Virus record (IMG/VR): IMGVR_UViG_3300027707_000028
Location: 1 to 48,710 of that record
DNA from: a virus
Lineage: Duplodnaviria; Caudoviricetes
Direction: 5' to 3' (one strand)
Length of the DNA: 48,710 nt
This document shows, piece after piece, positions 25,241-33,644 of the stretch. The position numbers and the translations under genes were made by a program. Within the stretch, counting starts at the first letter, position 1, and each line of letters starts with the position of its first letter. The notes beneath the pieces were generated by a model. That model was not told the origin of the DNA. It ran no database searches and was given only the letters and a program-made list of their open reading frames with translations.

Positions 25241-27064
25241 ATGCAAAAAACAGGATATATTGCAGGTATTGCTCGAGGGCATAATGCAGGAGTTTGTCTT
25301 TTAAAAGATGGAAAAATTGTATTTTCTATTGAAGAAGAAAGACTATCTCGCTACAAATATGACGGCGGCCCGCTTGCGAGTATGGTTAAAATTCTTGACT
25401 ATACTGATAAGATTGATTATTTGGCAATATCACACACACAAGGTCATGACGAACCAATAAACGATTATGTAAGGCAAGATGTGTATTCTGCACTTGCTAG
25501 GAAGTTGAGATTAATCGACGATATTAATACCCAAGTATTTAAATATCACGATCAACACCATAGAAGTCACGCCGCGTTGGCATTTTATAGATCTGGGTTT
25601 GATAAAGCAAGTGCTATCATTGTAGATGGTGCAGGTACATTTATTGAACGCCCAGACGGTCAAACCATGTTTGAAGTTGAAAGTATATATGATTGTTCAT
25701 ACCCTGCAAACTTTGAGGAAGTGTACAAGCATTTTGGAGGCAACGGACCTTGGAGGACTGAACACTACAATAGTGATGGGAACGGTACAGAAGTTATAAT
25801 TAATGATAAAACAGGTATTGTTAAAGCATATGAAGCAGTAACTAGATTTTGTGGATTCGACTCGATAGAAGCGGGTAAAACTATGGGTCTGTTTCCGTAT
25901 GGAGAACCGAACAAAGCACCTAAGATTTATGGTAATTTTGGCGGTAATAAAGATCTATTTGCTAATACATATCCTAATGGCGCACTGGTCAATGAAGAAG
26001 GCTATGCTGAGCTAGATGACAGAATACACGATCCAAAAATTATTCATAGATCAGTAACTGACCCCAACGATCGACGACAAATGCAGCGGTACGAGCAACA
26101 AATGAGTGAAGCTGATGCAGAAGATCTAACACAATTGGCTTCTAGAAGAAACATGGCCTACAATGTCCAAACTGAATCTCAGCAACTAGTACTTGACTTG
26201 ATTTTAAAATCAATTAAACGTACAGGTAATAAAAATATTGTTATCAGCGGAGGGTACGGGTTGAATTGTGTTGCTAATTATTTCTACTTACAGCACTTAC
26301 CGGAAGGTGTAAAGATATATGTTGAGCCAGTATCAAACGATGCAGGTACAGCTATGGGTGCAGCATTTTATCATTACTATAAAACATCTCAAGATACAAA
26401 AGTAAGATCAAAAGATGAAAATTTATTTTTAGGTCCGATACAACATATCACTGAAGATGCAGTAATAGAAACTGCGGCCAAGTATGGTGGTAGTGTAACA
26501 ATAAATGTTGATTACAAAGATGTTATTAAGACTATTAGATCTAAAAACATCGTAGCACTATTCCAAGAACGCTGCGAAAACGGTCCTAGAGCACTAGGCA
26601 ACAGATCACTGATGTTTGATCCAACATTTGCCGACGGTAAAGATTTTGTTAATTTGATTAAAAAACGAGAATATTTTAGACCATTTGCTGCATCAGTATT
26701 ACAAGATGATGTGCATGATTGGTTTGATCTGCGTGGCATGGAAGATTCTCCGTCTATGATGTATGCTGTAAATTGTCAGCCAGGTGTGAAAGAAAAGATT
26801 CCAGCAGTTATACACGTTGATGGTACCTGTAGAATTCAAACAGTGACTGAAGAACAAAACTTTCATTGGTATAATCTGATTAAAGAATTTAAAAATCAAA
26901 CAGGTGTTCCTGCATTGTTTAATACCAGCTTTAACCTAGGCGGCGAGCCATTGGTTGAAACCATTGACGATGCCATGCGCACCCTTTATAACTCAGGAAT
27001 TAATTACATTTATTTTCCAGCTGTTAAAATGATGGTAGAGATTGAACATAATGATAGAGCATGA
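25241..27064 (+). CDS. Carbamoyltransferase (NodU/CmcH/TobZ family)
   Basis: GHNAG..., EEERLSRYK, HHRSHA, IVDGAG, GKTMGL, SGGYGLNCVAN, NDAGTAMGAA, GPRALGNRS, KKRE.FRPFA, HVDGTCRIQT, NTSFN. Confidence 0.95.
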   Translation: MQKTGYIAGIARGHNAGVCLLKDGKIVFSIEEERLSRYKYDGGPLASMVKILDYTDKIDYLAISHTQGHDEPINDYVRQDVYSALARKLRLIDDINTQVFKYHDQHHRSHAALAFYRSGFDKASAIIVDGAGTFIERPDGQTMFEVESIYDCSYPANFEEVYKHFGGNGPWRTEHYNSDGNGTEVIINDKTGIVKAYEAVTRFCGFDSIEAGKTMGLFPYGEPNKAPKIYGNFGGNKDLFANTYPNGALVNEEGYAELDDRIHDPKIIHRSVTDPNDRRQMQRYEQQMSEADAEDLTQLASRRNMAYNVQTESQQLVLDLILKSIKRTGNKNIVISGGYGLNCVANYFYLQHLPEGVKIYVEPVSNDAGTAMGAAFYHYYKTSQDTKVRSKDENLFLGPIQHITEDAVIETAAKYGGSVTINVDYKDVIKTIRSKNIVALFQERCENGPRALGNRSLMFDPTFADGKDFVNLIKKREYFRPFAASVLQDDVHDWFDLRGMEDSPSMMYAVNCQPGVKEKIPAVIHVDGTCRIQTVTEEQNFHWYNLIKEFKNQTGVPALFNTSFNLGGEPLVETIDDAMRTLYNSGINYIYFPAVKMMVEIEHNDRA

Positions 27065-27651
27065 TTAAAAAAATAAATGAACAAGACATATTTGCAGTTA
27101 ATCCTAATTTTGAAGTACATGTACATCAGTTAGGTGATACCAAATGTGTCATTGTTGATAACTTTTATCTTAGCCCTGACAAAGTTAGAGAATTAGCTCT
27201 TTCTATTCCTGCATCTAAGAGCATGATTAGAAATACATATCCCGGCCTGTCAATTAGTCTTGGGATTGATCTAACAAGTTTAGCCGATACTTTTGTTAAA
27301 CTAATCAGTGAAAATTTCAATGACGGACCACGCAAGATCGATAAAGACATACGTGAAACATTCAAGTTTATAACATTCATGGTAAATGTAATGCAAGGAC
27401 AAGACCAGCCAACTCCCCATAGAGATAGTGCAGATCCGGGTAGATTTGCAGCATCTGTATATTTAAACTACAATGACGAATCTCACGGCGGCACAGCGTT
27501 TTATTCTGAAACCGGACAAGAACTGGGATATGCAGAAATGGCTTTTAATAGATTGACATTATATAGACAAACTGATGTTCACACAGCAGTGATGCAACCT
27601 GATTGGTTTGTTGGCGATGCCTACAGAATCAATCAGATGATGTTTATTTAA
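27061..27651 (+). CDS. Putative 2OG-Fe(II) oxygenase-like protein
   Basis: IVDNFY.PDKVR; PHRD...ASVYLN...GGTAFY...FNRL.LY...H.A. Confidence 0.7.
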   Translation: MIKKINEQDIFAVNPNFEVHVHQLGDTKCVIVDNFYLSPDKVRELALSIPASKSMIRNTYPGLSISLGIDLTSLADTFVKLISENFNDGPRKIDKDIRETFKFITFMVNVMQGQDQPTPHRDSADPGRFAASVYLNYNDESHGGTAFYSETGQELGYAEMAFNRLTLYRQTDVHTAVMQPDWFVGDAYRINQMMFI

Positions 27652-27664
27652 AGATGGAGAAAAC

Positions 27665-28294
27665 ATGAATAATCAAACCGAAGGCCGAATTTACTCCTTG
27701 TTTCCTTCTCCCCTATACACATACAAAACAGAAGGTAAAGAATATACCGAAATACAGGCCGAGATGCAGACTGTGGTTGATAAACTGCATCTAGAAGATC
27801 GTTGGGGGCCAAATCCATATTGGAATTCCAGCACTCATTACCTATCTAATCAAGGCGATTTTAGCCAGTCTATTTTAAAAGACGAAACAATGAGAGTGAT
27901 CACCTCGTGTATAATGCACCATTGTTTCAATTATATGAGAATGATGAATGTTAAACCGTGTTACAAAGCAGCCATCGAAACTTCATGGCTAACACTAACC
28001 AAACCAGGTCAGTATGCTCATGTTCACGATCACGGTACTAGCCACGTCAGTGGAGTATATTGGTTTAAAACAAATGGACAAGACGGTGATATCGTTTTTA
28101 GAAATGCTCTTAAATCATTAAAATGCAATCCAATTGGAAGTTCATATGCTCATGAAAACGCATTCGCCCCAGAACAAGGTAGATTAAGTATGTGGCCAGG
28201 CTATTTAGATCACAGTGTTAATGAAAATACAACCAATGAAGATCGTATTAGTTTGTCTTTCAACATTTTATTAGAAACCGGAGCAACTAACTAA
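27665..28294 (+). CDS. Putative 2OG-Fe(II) oxygenase (TIGR02466-like)
   Basis: LFPSP...SWL...HDH...SGVYW...P.QG...WPGYLDHSV..N...RISLSFN. Confidence 0.82.
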   Translation: MNNQTEGRIYSLFPSPLYTYKTEGKEYTEIQAEMQTVVDKLHLEDRWGPNPYWNSSTHYLSNQGDFSQSILKDETMRVITSCIMHHCFNYMRMMNVKPCYKAAIETSWLTLTKPGQYAHVHDHGTSHVSGVYWFKTNGQDGDIVFRNALKSLKCNPIGSSYAHENAFAPEQGRLSMWPGYLDHSVNENTTNEDRISLSFNILLETGATN

Positions 28295-29022
28295 TGTTAT
28301 ATATTTTCGGCGATAGTTTTAGTGTACCCGATGCACACAAGAATGAAGTTATTGGGCCTACAGGCCTGATAACATTCATGCCTTTAGAAAAGAATTGGAC
28401 TAGGATTGTTAGTGAAAGTATAATCGGGGATGATAATCATATAAATGACTGTGTGCTCGGGTGTTCCAATGAATACATTTTCCATACCCTAAGAGATCGT
28501 GAATCGTCGTTTAAAAGTGGGGACTATGTTATAGTACAGCTTACTTCTTATTACAGAGAATGGATTTTTGAAGATAAACCAGAGATGGCAAACTTCCTAA
28601 ATGCAAAATGGGTGCCAGGAGTTCATGTTACAAAAGAACAAGCCAAGGCATTAGAAATGTATAAACAGTATCTGCATTCCGATCACCGGCTTTTTATACA
28701 CTATGATGCAATTTTTGATGCAATAACTTTTAGAACTAAGCTATATGCACAACACGACATTCGATGTTTGATCCTGCCAGGGTTTCACAACGTTGCAGGA
28801 GTACAAGGAAATATGTTTGAAACCTCAAACTTAGAGTTTGACAGTAGCGAAACATGTAACACATATTATAATAGAGTTGGCGGCGATTTTCGGTATAACC
28901 ACTTTTCAGAAGTTAATCATAAAATTTTAGCAAATAAAGTAATTGACTTCTTTAACACTGGTACCACTGTAGATCTTACAACTGGGTTTGAAACTGGCAT
29001 ATATACCAAAGATAATATCTAA
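28294..29022 (+). CDS. Hypothetical protein, SGNH/GDSL-like fold
   Basis: IFGDSFS at the N-terminus, GCSN, and C-terminal RYNHFSEVNHKILA. Confidence 0.55.
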   Translation: MLYIFGDSFSVPDAHKNEVIGPTGLITFMPLEKNWTRIVSESIIGDDNHINDCVLGCSNEYIFHTLRDRESSFKSGDYVIVQLTSYYREWIFEDKPEMANFLNAKWVPGVHVTKEQAKALEMYKQYLHSDHRLFIHYDAIFDAITFRTKLYAQHDIRCLILPGFHNVAGVQGNMFETSNLEFDSSETCNTYYNRVGGDFRYNHFSEVNHKILANKVIDFFNTGTTVDLTTGFETGIYTKDNI

Positions 29023-29633
29023 TGAAAATACAACTCGAAGGATATCCAGTAAGCATTTCTCGATTGAATCTCGGAGATTTAAAAATTCTACAGGATCATT
29101 ATCTTCCATTGATATTAAATGGCAAAGAAGATGAATTCAAGGGCGAAGAAAGTAGGATTTCTAAAAATGCATCTCAACGCTGGAGCGATGCTGACTTTTT
29201 TAAAAAATGGAATGATACATTACTACCTGCGCCCTATATTCAATCTTATATAGACTCGTTTATGTTTCAATTTTCCTATAAAGTTGAAATAGATACATGG
29301 TATAATGTGCATAATCAATATGATCATCAACAGTTACACAATCACATAACAACAAATGTACCGGCATTTTCGTGTGTGGTCATACTAAAACAACCTAATG
29401 AAAATTCAGGTCAGTTGGTATTCAGGACTCCTAATTTATCAAATCATTTAAAATATCTAGAATTAGATCCGCAAGATCACTATCAAAACATATATAAACC
29501 ACCAATGGAAGAAGGAATATTGATAATATTCCCATCCTGTCTTGAACATTATGTATATTATAATCAAACAAATGAATCAAGAGTTGTGTTTGCATCAAAC
29601 ATAGTAATAAAAAGACAAGGTAGCTTGTACTGA
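29022..29633 (+). CDS. Putative 2OG-Fe(II) oxygenase (TIGR02466-like)
   Basis: WYN...QQLHNH...FSCV...EEG.LIIFPSCLEHYV...RVVFASN. Confidence 0.78.
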   Translation: MKIQLEGYPVSISRLNLGDLKILQDHYLPLILNGKEDEFKGEESRISKNASQRWSDADFFKKWNDTLLPAPYIQSYIDSFMFQFSYKVEIDTWYNVHNQYDHQQLHNHITTNVPAFSCVVILKQPNENSGQLVFRTPNLSNHLKYLELDPQDHYQNIYKPPMEEGILIIFPSCLEHYVYYNQTNESRVVFASNIVIKRQGSLY

Positions 29634-30193
29634 TGTCGTCTACTGTTATACCGTTTCCTATAAGCATTAAACCATTTAAGGAACATGTTCAACTAAAGCA
29701 ACAAGTACTAGATGCCATTTCAAGACAAGATCAGGTAGAACACATGCTGGCATTTAACAGCGATATCATTAGATGTGATTGGAGTACATCTCGATGTGAT
29801 GGCGAACGAGAGTGGCTAAAAATTATAAATTATCCTCTTGCTGTTCATCTCAACGAATGGTGTAATACCATGGGCTATCAAACTTTCGGCATCACTGAGA
29901 TTTGGTTTCAGCAGTATGCCACTGGAGGCAAGCATGCCTGGCATACCCATAGCAATAACTTTACCAACGTATATTATGTGCATTTGCCTGAAGGCGGCAC
30001 TCAAACAGAATGGATAGATCCAGTGACCAAAGATATACACATATTTGATGTACATGAAGGTGACATTATTACATTTCCTAGCTGGGTAATTCACCGAGCT
30101 CCGATTAATACCTCAGCAGAAACTAAAACAATCATTTCGTGGAACATGGACGTGTCGGTAAAAGATCATGATGCAGCCGGCATCTACGGCTAA
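29633..30193 (+). CDS. Putative 2OG-Fe(II) oxygenase
   Basis: WFQQY..GGKHAWHTH...VYYV...EGDIITFPSWVIHRA...KTIISWN. Confidence 0.78.
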   Translation: MSSTVIPFPISIKPFKEHVQLKQQVLDAISRQDQVEHMLAFNSDIIRCDWSTSRCDGEREWLKIINYPLAVHLNEWCNTMGYQTFGITEIWFQQYATGGKHAWHTHSNNFTNVYYVHLPEGGTQTEWIDPVTKDIHIFDVHEGDIITFPSWVIHRAPINTSAETKTIISWNMDVSVKDHDAAGIYG

Positions 30194-30211
30194 TGCAGGA
30201 GAATTTTTATT

Positions 30212-30727
30212 ATGACTAAAAAATCAGAGTACGAAGTAATAGATAATTTTTTAGATAAAGAATATTTTGATACAATAAAAAATACACTAACATCAGATGA
30301 CATAAATTGGTTTTATAGAGACAATATGACATCAAAAGATGAGCACGGTATGTGTTATTTTACACATAACTTCTTTATAAACAACCGTGTTTGTAGTCCG
30401 TTTTTTAATTTACTAGAACCATTATTATTATATAAATTAAAAGTTTTTTCATTACTACAAGCTAGAGCAAATATGACTATAAGTAAAGAAGATCGATACG
30501 AATCTTCTTGGCATGTTGATTACCCCGATGGAGATTCTAAAACAGCCATATTATATATAACAACTTGTAATGCTAAAACGATGATAGATGTTGAAAAAGA
30601 AATAATTGAGATTGATTCTGTTGAAAATAGAATACTAATTTTCGATACTGCTATTTCTCATAAAATGAAAAGTGCAACAGATGCAAAAAGAAGAATTATT
30701 ATTAATTTAAATTACTTTCAAAAATGA
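30212..30727 (+). CDS. Putative 2OG-Fe(II) oxygenase
   Basis: VIDNFL...WHVD...TAILY...SVENRILIFD...H...RIIINLN; AGGAG RBS. Confidence 0.78.
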   Translation: MTKKSEYEVIDNFLDKEYFDTIKNTLTSDDINWFYRDNMTSKDEHGMCYFTHNFFINNRVCSPFFNLLEPLLLYKLKVFSLLQARANMTISKEDRYESSWHVDYPDGDSKTAILYITTCNAKTMIDVEKEIIEIDSVENRILIFDTAISHKMKSATDAKRRIIINLNYFQK

Positions 30728-31086
30728 AATTATTTGGTAAAATAGAAAAAGGTTGGGGACACGAAATAATATTTTCTTCCACTGATCAATACTGTGGAAA
30801 ATATCTGGTGTTTGCCAAGGCCGGCGACAAGTTCAGTATGCACTTTCATCTTGTCAAAGATGAAAGCTGGAACGTCAATCAGGGTCGCTTCTTGTTGAGA
30901 TATATAGACACAAAGACTGCCACGATGCAGGAAAAAATCTTAAACACAGGCGATAATTGGCATAATCCTCCAGGGTTACCGCATCAACTTGAAGCGTTGG
31001 AAGACAATTCAATCATAGTCGAAGTGAGCACCCCTGATTCAGTAGAAGATAATTTTAGAATATTTCCCGGAGATAGTCAACGATGA
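30724..31086 (+). CDS. Cupin-fold protein (sugar-phosphate isomerase-like)
   Basis: KGWGHE...SMHFH..KDESW...PPGLPHQL...EVST cupin metal-binding motifs. Confidence 0.8.
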   Translation: MKLFGKIEKGWGHEIIFSSTDQYCGKYLVFAKAGDKFSMHFHLVKDESWNVNQGRFLLRYIDTKTATMQEKILNTGDNWHNPPGLPHQLEALEDNSIIVEVSTPDSVEDNFRIFPGDSQR

Positions 31087-31652
31087 ATTTTATTGAAGTG
31101 TATCCAGACGCATTTCCCAAAGACTACTGTGAAACTATCATACAAAGATTTGAAGATATGGTCAAAATGGGTCAACATCTCACACAAAACAGCATGATGA
31201 AAAATCAGGACGATCGAATATTTTTTGATTGGGCATTTCACAGTCAACAAAATTTCAGCGTAGATCCTGACCTGTGTTCTTTCTTTTATAAAACTCTAAA
31301 CAAGTATTATATAGAACAGTATTTTGAAAAATATCAGAGTCTTGGATTTTGTTTTCAACACACCCCCAAGGGCATGAGCGTACAGAGAACCGGCCCGCGC
31401 CAAGGCTACCATGCGTGGCATTGTGAAAATGCAGATCAATCATCAGCCAATAGAATCCTAGCCTATACCTTGTATCTCAATGATATTGAAGAGGGTGGCG
31501 AAACAGAATTTCTGTATCAAGGTATTAAGATTAAACCAGAAACTGGCAAGTTGATTATTTGGCCAGCCTATTTTACTCACCCTCACAGGGGGAATCCCAT
31601 ATATAAGGGTTACAAATACATTATAACCGGATGGTATTCACTGGATCACTGA
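31083..31652 (+). CDS. 2OG-Fe(II) oxygenase (prolyl-4-hydroxylase-like)
   Basis: GYHAWHCE...R.LAYTLYLND.EEGGETEF...KPETG...WP..FTHPHRG...KY..TGW. Confidence 0.88.
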   Translation: MNFIEVYPDAFPKDYCETIIQRFEDMVKMGQHLTQNSMMKNQDDRIFFDWAFHSQQNFSVDPDLCSFFYKTLNKYYIEQYFEKYQSLGFCFQHTPKGMSVQRTGPRQGYHAWHCENADQSSANRILAYTLYLNDIEEGGETEFLYQGIKIKPETGKLIIWPAYFTHPHRGNPIYKGYKYIITGWYSLDH

Positions 31653-31653
31653 C

Positions 31654-32052
31654 ATGGCTACAATAATAGTTAACGGCACATTTGATATTTTGCATCCTGG
31701 GCATGTTGCTATGTTGAACACAGCCCGTGGTCTGGGAGATTATCTTGTTGTATGCATTGATACAGATAGAAGAGTTCGAGAATTAAAAGGCCAAAGCCGT
31801 CCGATCAATGACCAGATTGATCGCAAAGTGATGTTACAAAATTTAAAAGCTGTTGATATTGTAGAATTTTTTGACAGCGAAGAAGAACTGATAGCATTAA
31901 TCAAACTGTATAAACCAAGTGTGATGGTCAAAGGCAGTGATTATCGCGGCCAGCGCATAGTAGGCGAAGAACACGTACCAAAGGTATTTTTTTATGACAG
32001 AGTCAGCGACTATTCAACAACTAAAACAATTCAGGATATTACTAATAGGTGA
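31654..32052 (+). CDS. rfaE2: Heptose-1-phosphate adenylyltransferase-like (RfaE domain II / HldC)
   Basis: NGTFDILHPGH (HxGH), LKG.SRPIN, VKGSDY, YSTT. Confidence 0.88.
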   Translation: MATIIVNGTFDILHPGHVAMLNTARGLGDYLVVCIDTDRRVRELKGQSRPINDQIDRKVMLQNLKAVDIVEFFDSEEELIALIKLYKPSVMVKGSDYRGQRIVGEEHVPKVFFYDRVSDYSTTKTIQDITNR

Positions 32053-32761
32053 CGACTGTCACGACATTTACACTTACGGTTATGTAAATCGCATCAGTCC
32101 CGAAGCACCCGTTCCTGTCTTTGAACCGCACTATACCATTCACAAGGATGGCATGGCAGGCAACGTGTGTAAGAATCTAGAAACATTGGGATGCACAGTC
32201 AACTTCCTACATGGAAAATCCAGCGAAAAGAATAGGCTAATTGATGCACGTACCAAGCAACAATTATTACGCATGGATCGAGATGTTGCCAGCGAACCCA
32301 TCACATTTGAAACTGCAATACCACCAGTGTACGATGCCATTGTGATCAGTGACTACAACAAAGGCACAGTGACCTACGAACTTATTGAAGAGCTAGTTAA
32401 AGCAGTCAACGTACCTATCTTTGTAGATACAAAGAAAACGGACTTGGCAAGACTCTCAGGATGTTATATCAAGATCAATGCATTAGAAAAAAGTCGTGCA
32501 ACAAGTTTACCTGACCCAAAGCATCTAATTGTCACACACGGCGGGGACGGCGCAGTATGGGATGGTTGGGTATATGCCGCTGAAATTGTAGGCGATGTAA
32601 CTGATGTGTGCGGTGCTGGAGATACATTTTTAGCAGCATTGGTATATGAGTTTTTGAAAACCGGACACATGGCCGATGCTGTTAAGTTTGCAAACAAAGC
32701 ATCGTCGATCACAGTACAACACGTTGGAGTTTATGCTCCTAGGCTAGAACAAATCAAATGA
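31994..32761 (+). CDS. rfaE1: Heptose-7-phosphate kinase-like (RfaE domain I / HldA, PfkB family)
   Basis: RISPEAPVPV, GMAGNV, ISDYNKG, DVCGAGDTF; exact start uncertain (59-nt overlap with the previous gene). Confidence 0.88.
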   Translation: MTESATIQQLKQFRILLIGDDCHDIYTYGYVNRISPEAPVPVFEPHYTIHKDGMAGNVCKNLETLGCTVNFLHGKSSEKNRLIDARTKQQLLRMDRDVASEPITFETAIPPVYDAIVISDYNKGTVTYELIEELVKAVNVPIFVDTKKTDLARLSGCYIKINALEKSRATSLPDPKHLIVTHGGDGAVWDGWVYAAEIVGDVTDVCGAGDTFLAALVYEFLKTGHMADAVKFANKASSITVQHVGVYAPRLEQIK

Positions 32762-33627
32762 TTATACTAACTGGGGCCGGGGGATTTATCGGCAGTGTGG
32801 TGTTAGGATACTTAAATTCTCAAAAAGTCAATGATATTATTATAGTTGACGATCTGCCTTATCAAAATCAATATAAAAATCTCATAGGTAAACAGTACAA
32901 AAAACTTGTTTCTATAGATGATATTGATTCAATCGATGAAGATATCACCGGAGTTATACACATCGGTGCCAACGCCAATACCCTAGAAAAAAATTGGAGT
33001 TCAATTTATGCAACAAATGTTAAATCTACAAGGAAATGGAATGCATTTTGTAAACAACGCAAAATACCTTTTATTTTTACTTCTAGCGCATCTGTATATG
33101 GCAACGGCTCCGGTCCGATGAATCAATACGCATTCAGCAAACTGCTCAGTGAAAATGAAGTGGAAGGAGTTGTCCTTCGGTTGTTTAATGTATATGGACC
33201 CAACGAGTATCACAAAGGAAGAATGGCTTCTACAGTTTTACATTGGTTCAATCAAATCAAAGACACTGAAGAAATAACGATATTCGAAAATAGCAAGAAT
33301 TATTTTAGAGATTTTGTATGGGTCGAAGATATAGCAAAAACTATACATTATTTTATGTTTGAAAATTATCAACCTGGAATTTATGATCTCGGCAGCGGAT
33401 CTAGCATAGATTTTGAAACCATAGCAGATCTTGTAATATTCAACACAAACAAAGGCAAAAAAAGATTTGTGGATATGCCCGATGATCTTAAAAAACAGTA
33501 TCAAATAAATACATCAGCTGATACGAAATTGTTAACAAAATCTGGGGTAGATGTCAAAAGTTTTACCAACGTGCATGCGGGCATCGCAACATACATAGAT
33601 TATTTGGCTAAAGATCGTTATTACTAA
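32758..33627 (+). CDS. rfaD: ADP-L-glycero-D-manno-heptose 6-epimerase
   Basis: TGAGGFIGS, SSASVYG, YAFSK (YxxxK), RLFNVYGPNEYHKGRMAS, RDFVWVED. Confidence 0.9.
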   Translation: MIILTGAGGFIGSVVLGYLNSQKVNDIIIVDDLPYQNQYKNLIGKQYKKLVSIDDIDSIDEDITGVIHIGANANTLEKNWSSIYATNVKSTRKWNAFCKQRKIPFIFTSSASVYGNGSGPMNQYAFSKLLSENEVEGVVLRLFNVYGPNEYHKGRMASTVLHWFNQIKDTEEITIFENSKNYFRDFVWVEDIAKTIHYFMFENYQPGIYDLGSGSSIDFETIADLVIFNTNKGKKRFVDMPDDLKKQYQINTSADTKLLTKSGVDVKSFTNVHAGIATYIDYLAKDRYY

Positions 33628-33633
33628 TTTGAA

Positions 33634-33639
33634 TAAATA
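33634..33639 (+). promoter_or_regulatory. Late promoter core TAAATA (leaderless context)
   Basis: TAAATA-ATAAT-ATG; no Shine-Dalgarno. Confidence 0.7.
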
Positions 33640-33644
33640 ATAAT

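Noticed and set aside
31987-31993. T7 run as a programmed frameshift fusing rfaE2 to rfaE1
   Set aside because: A shift here would delete the conserved YSTT motif of the transferase, and rfaE1 has its own ATG with an AAGGT RBS.
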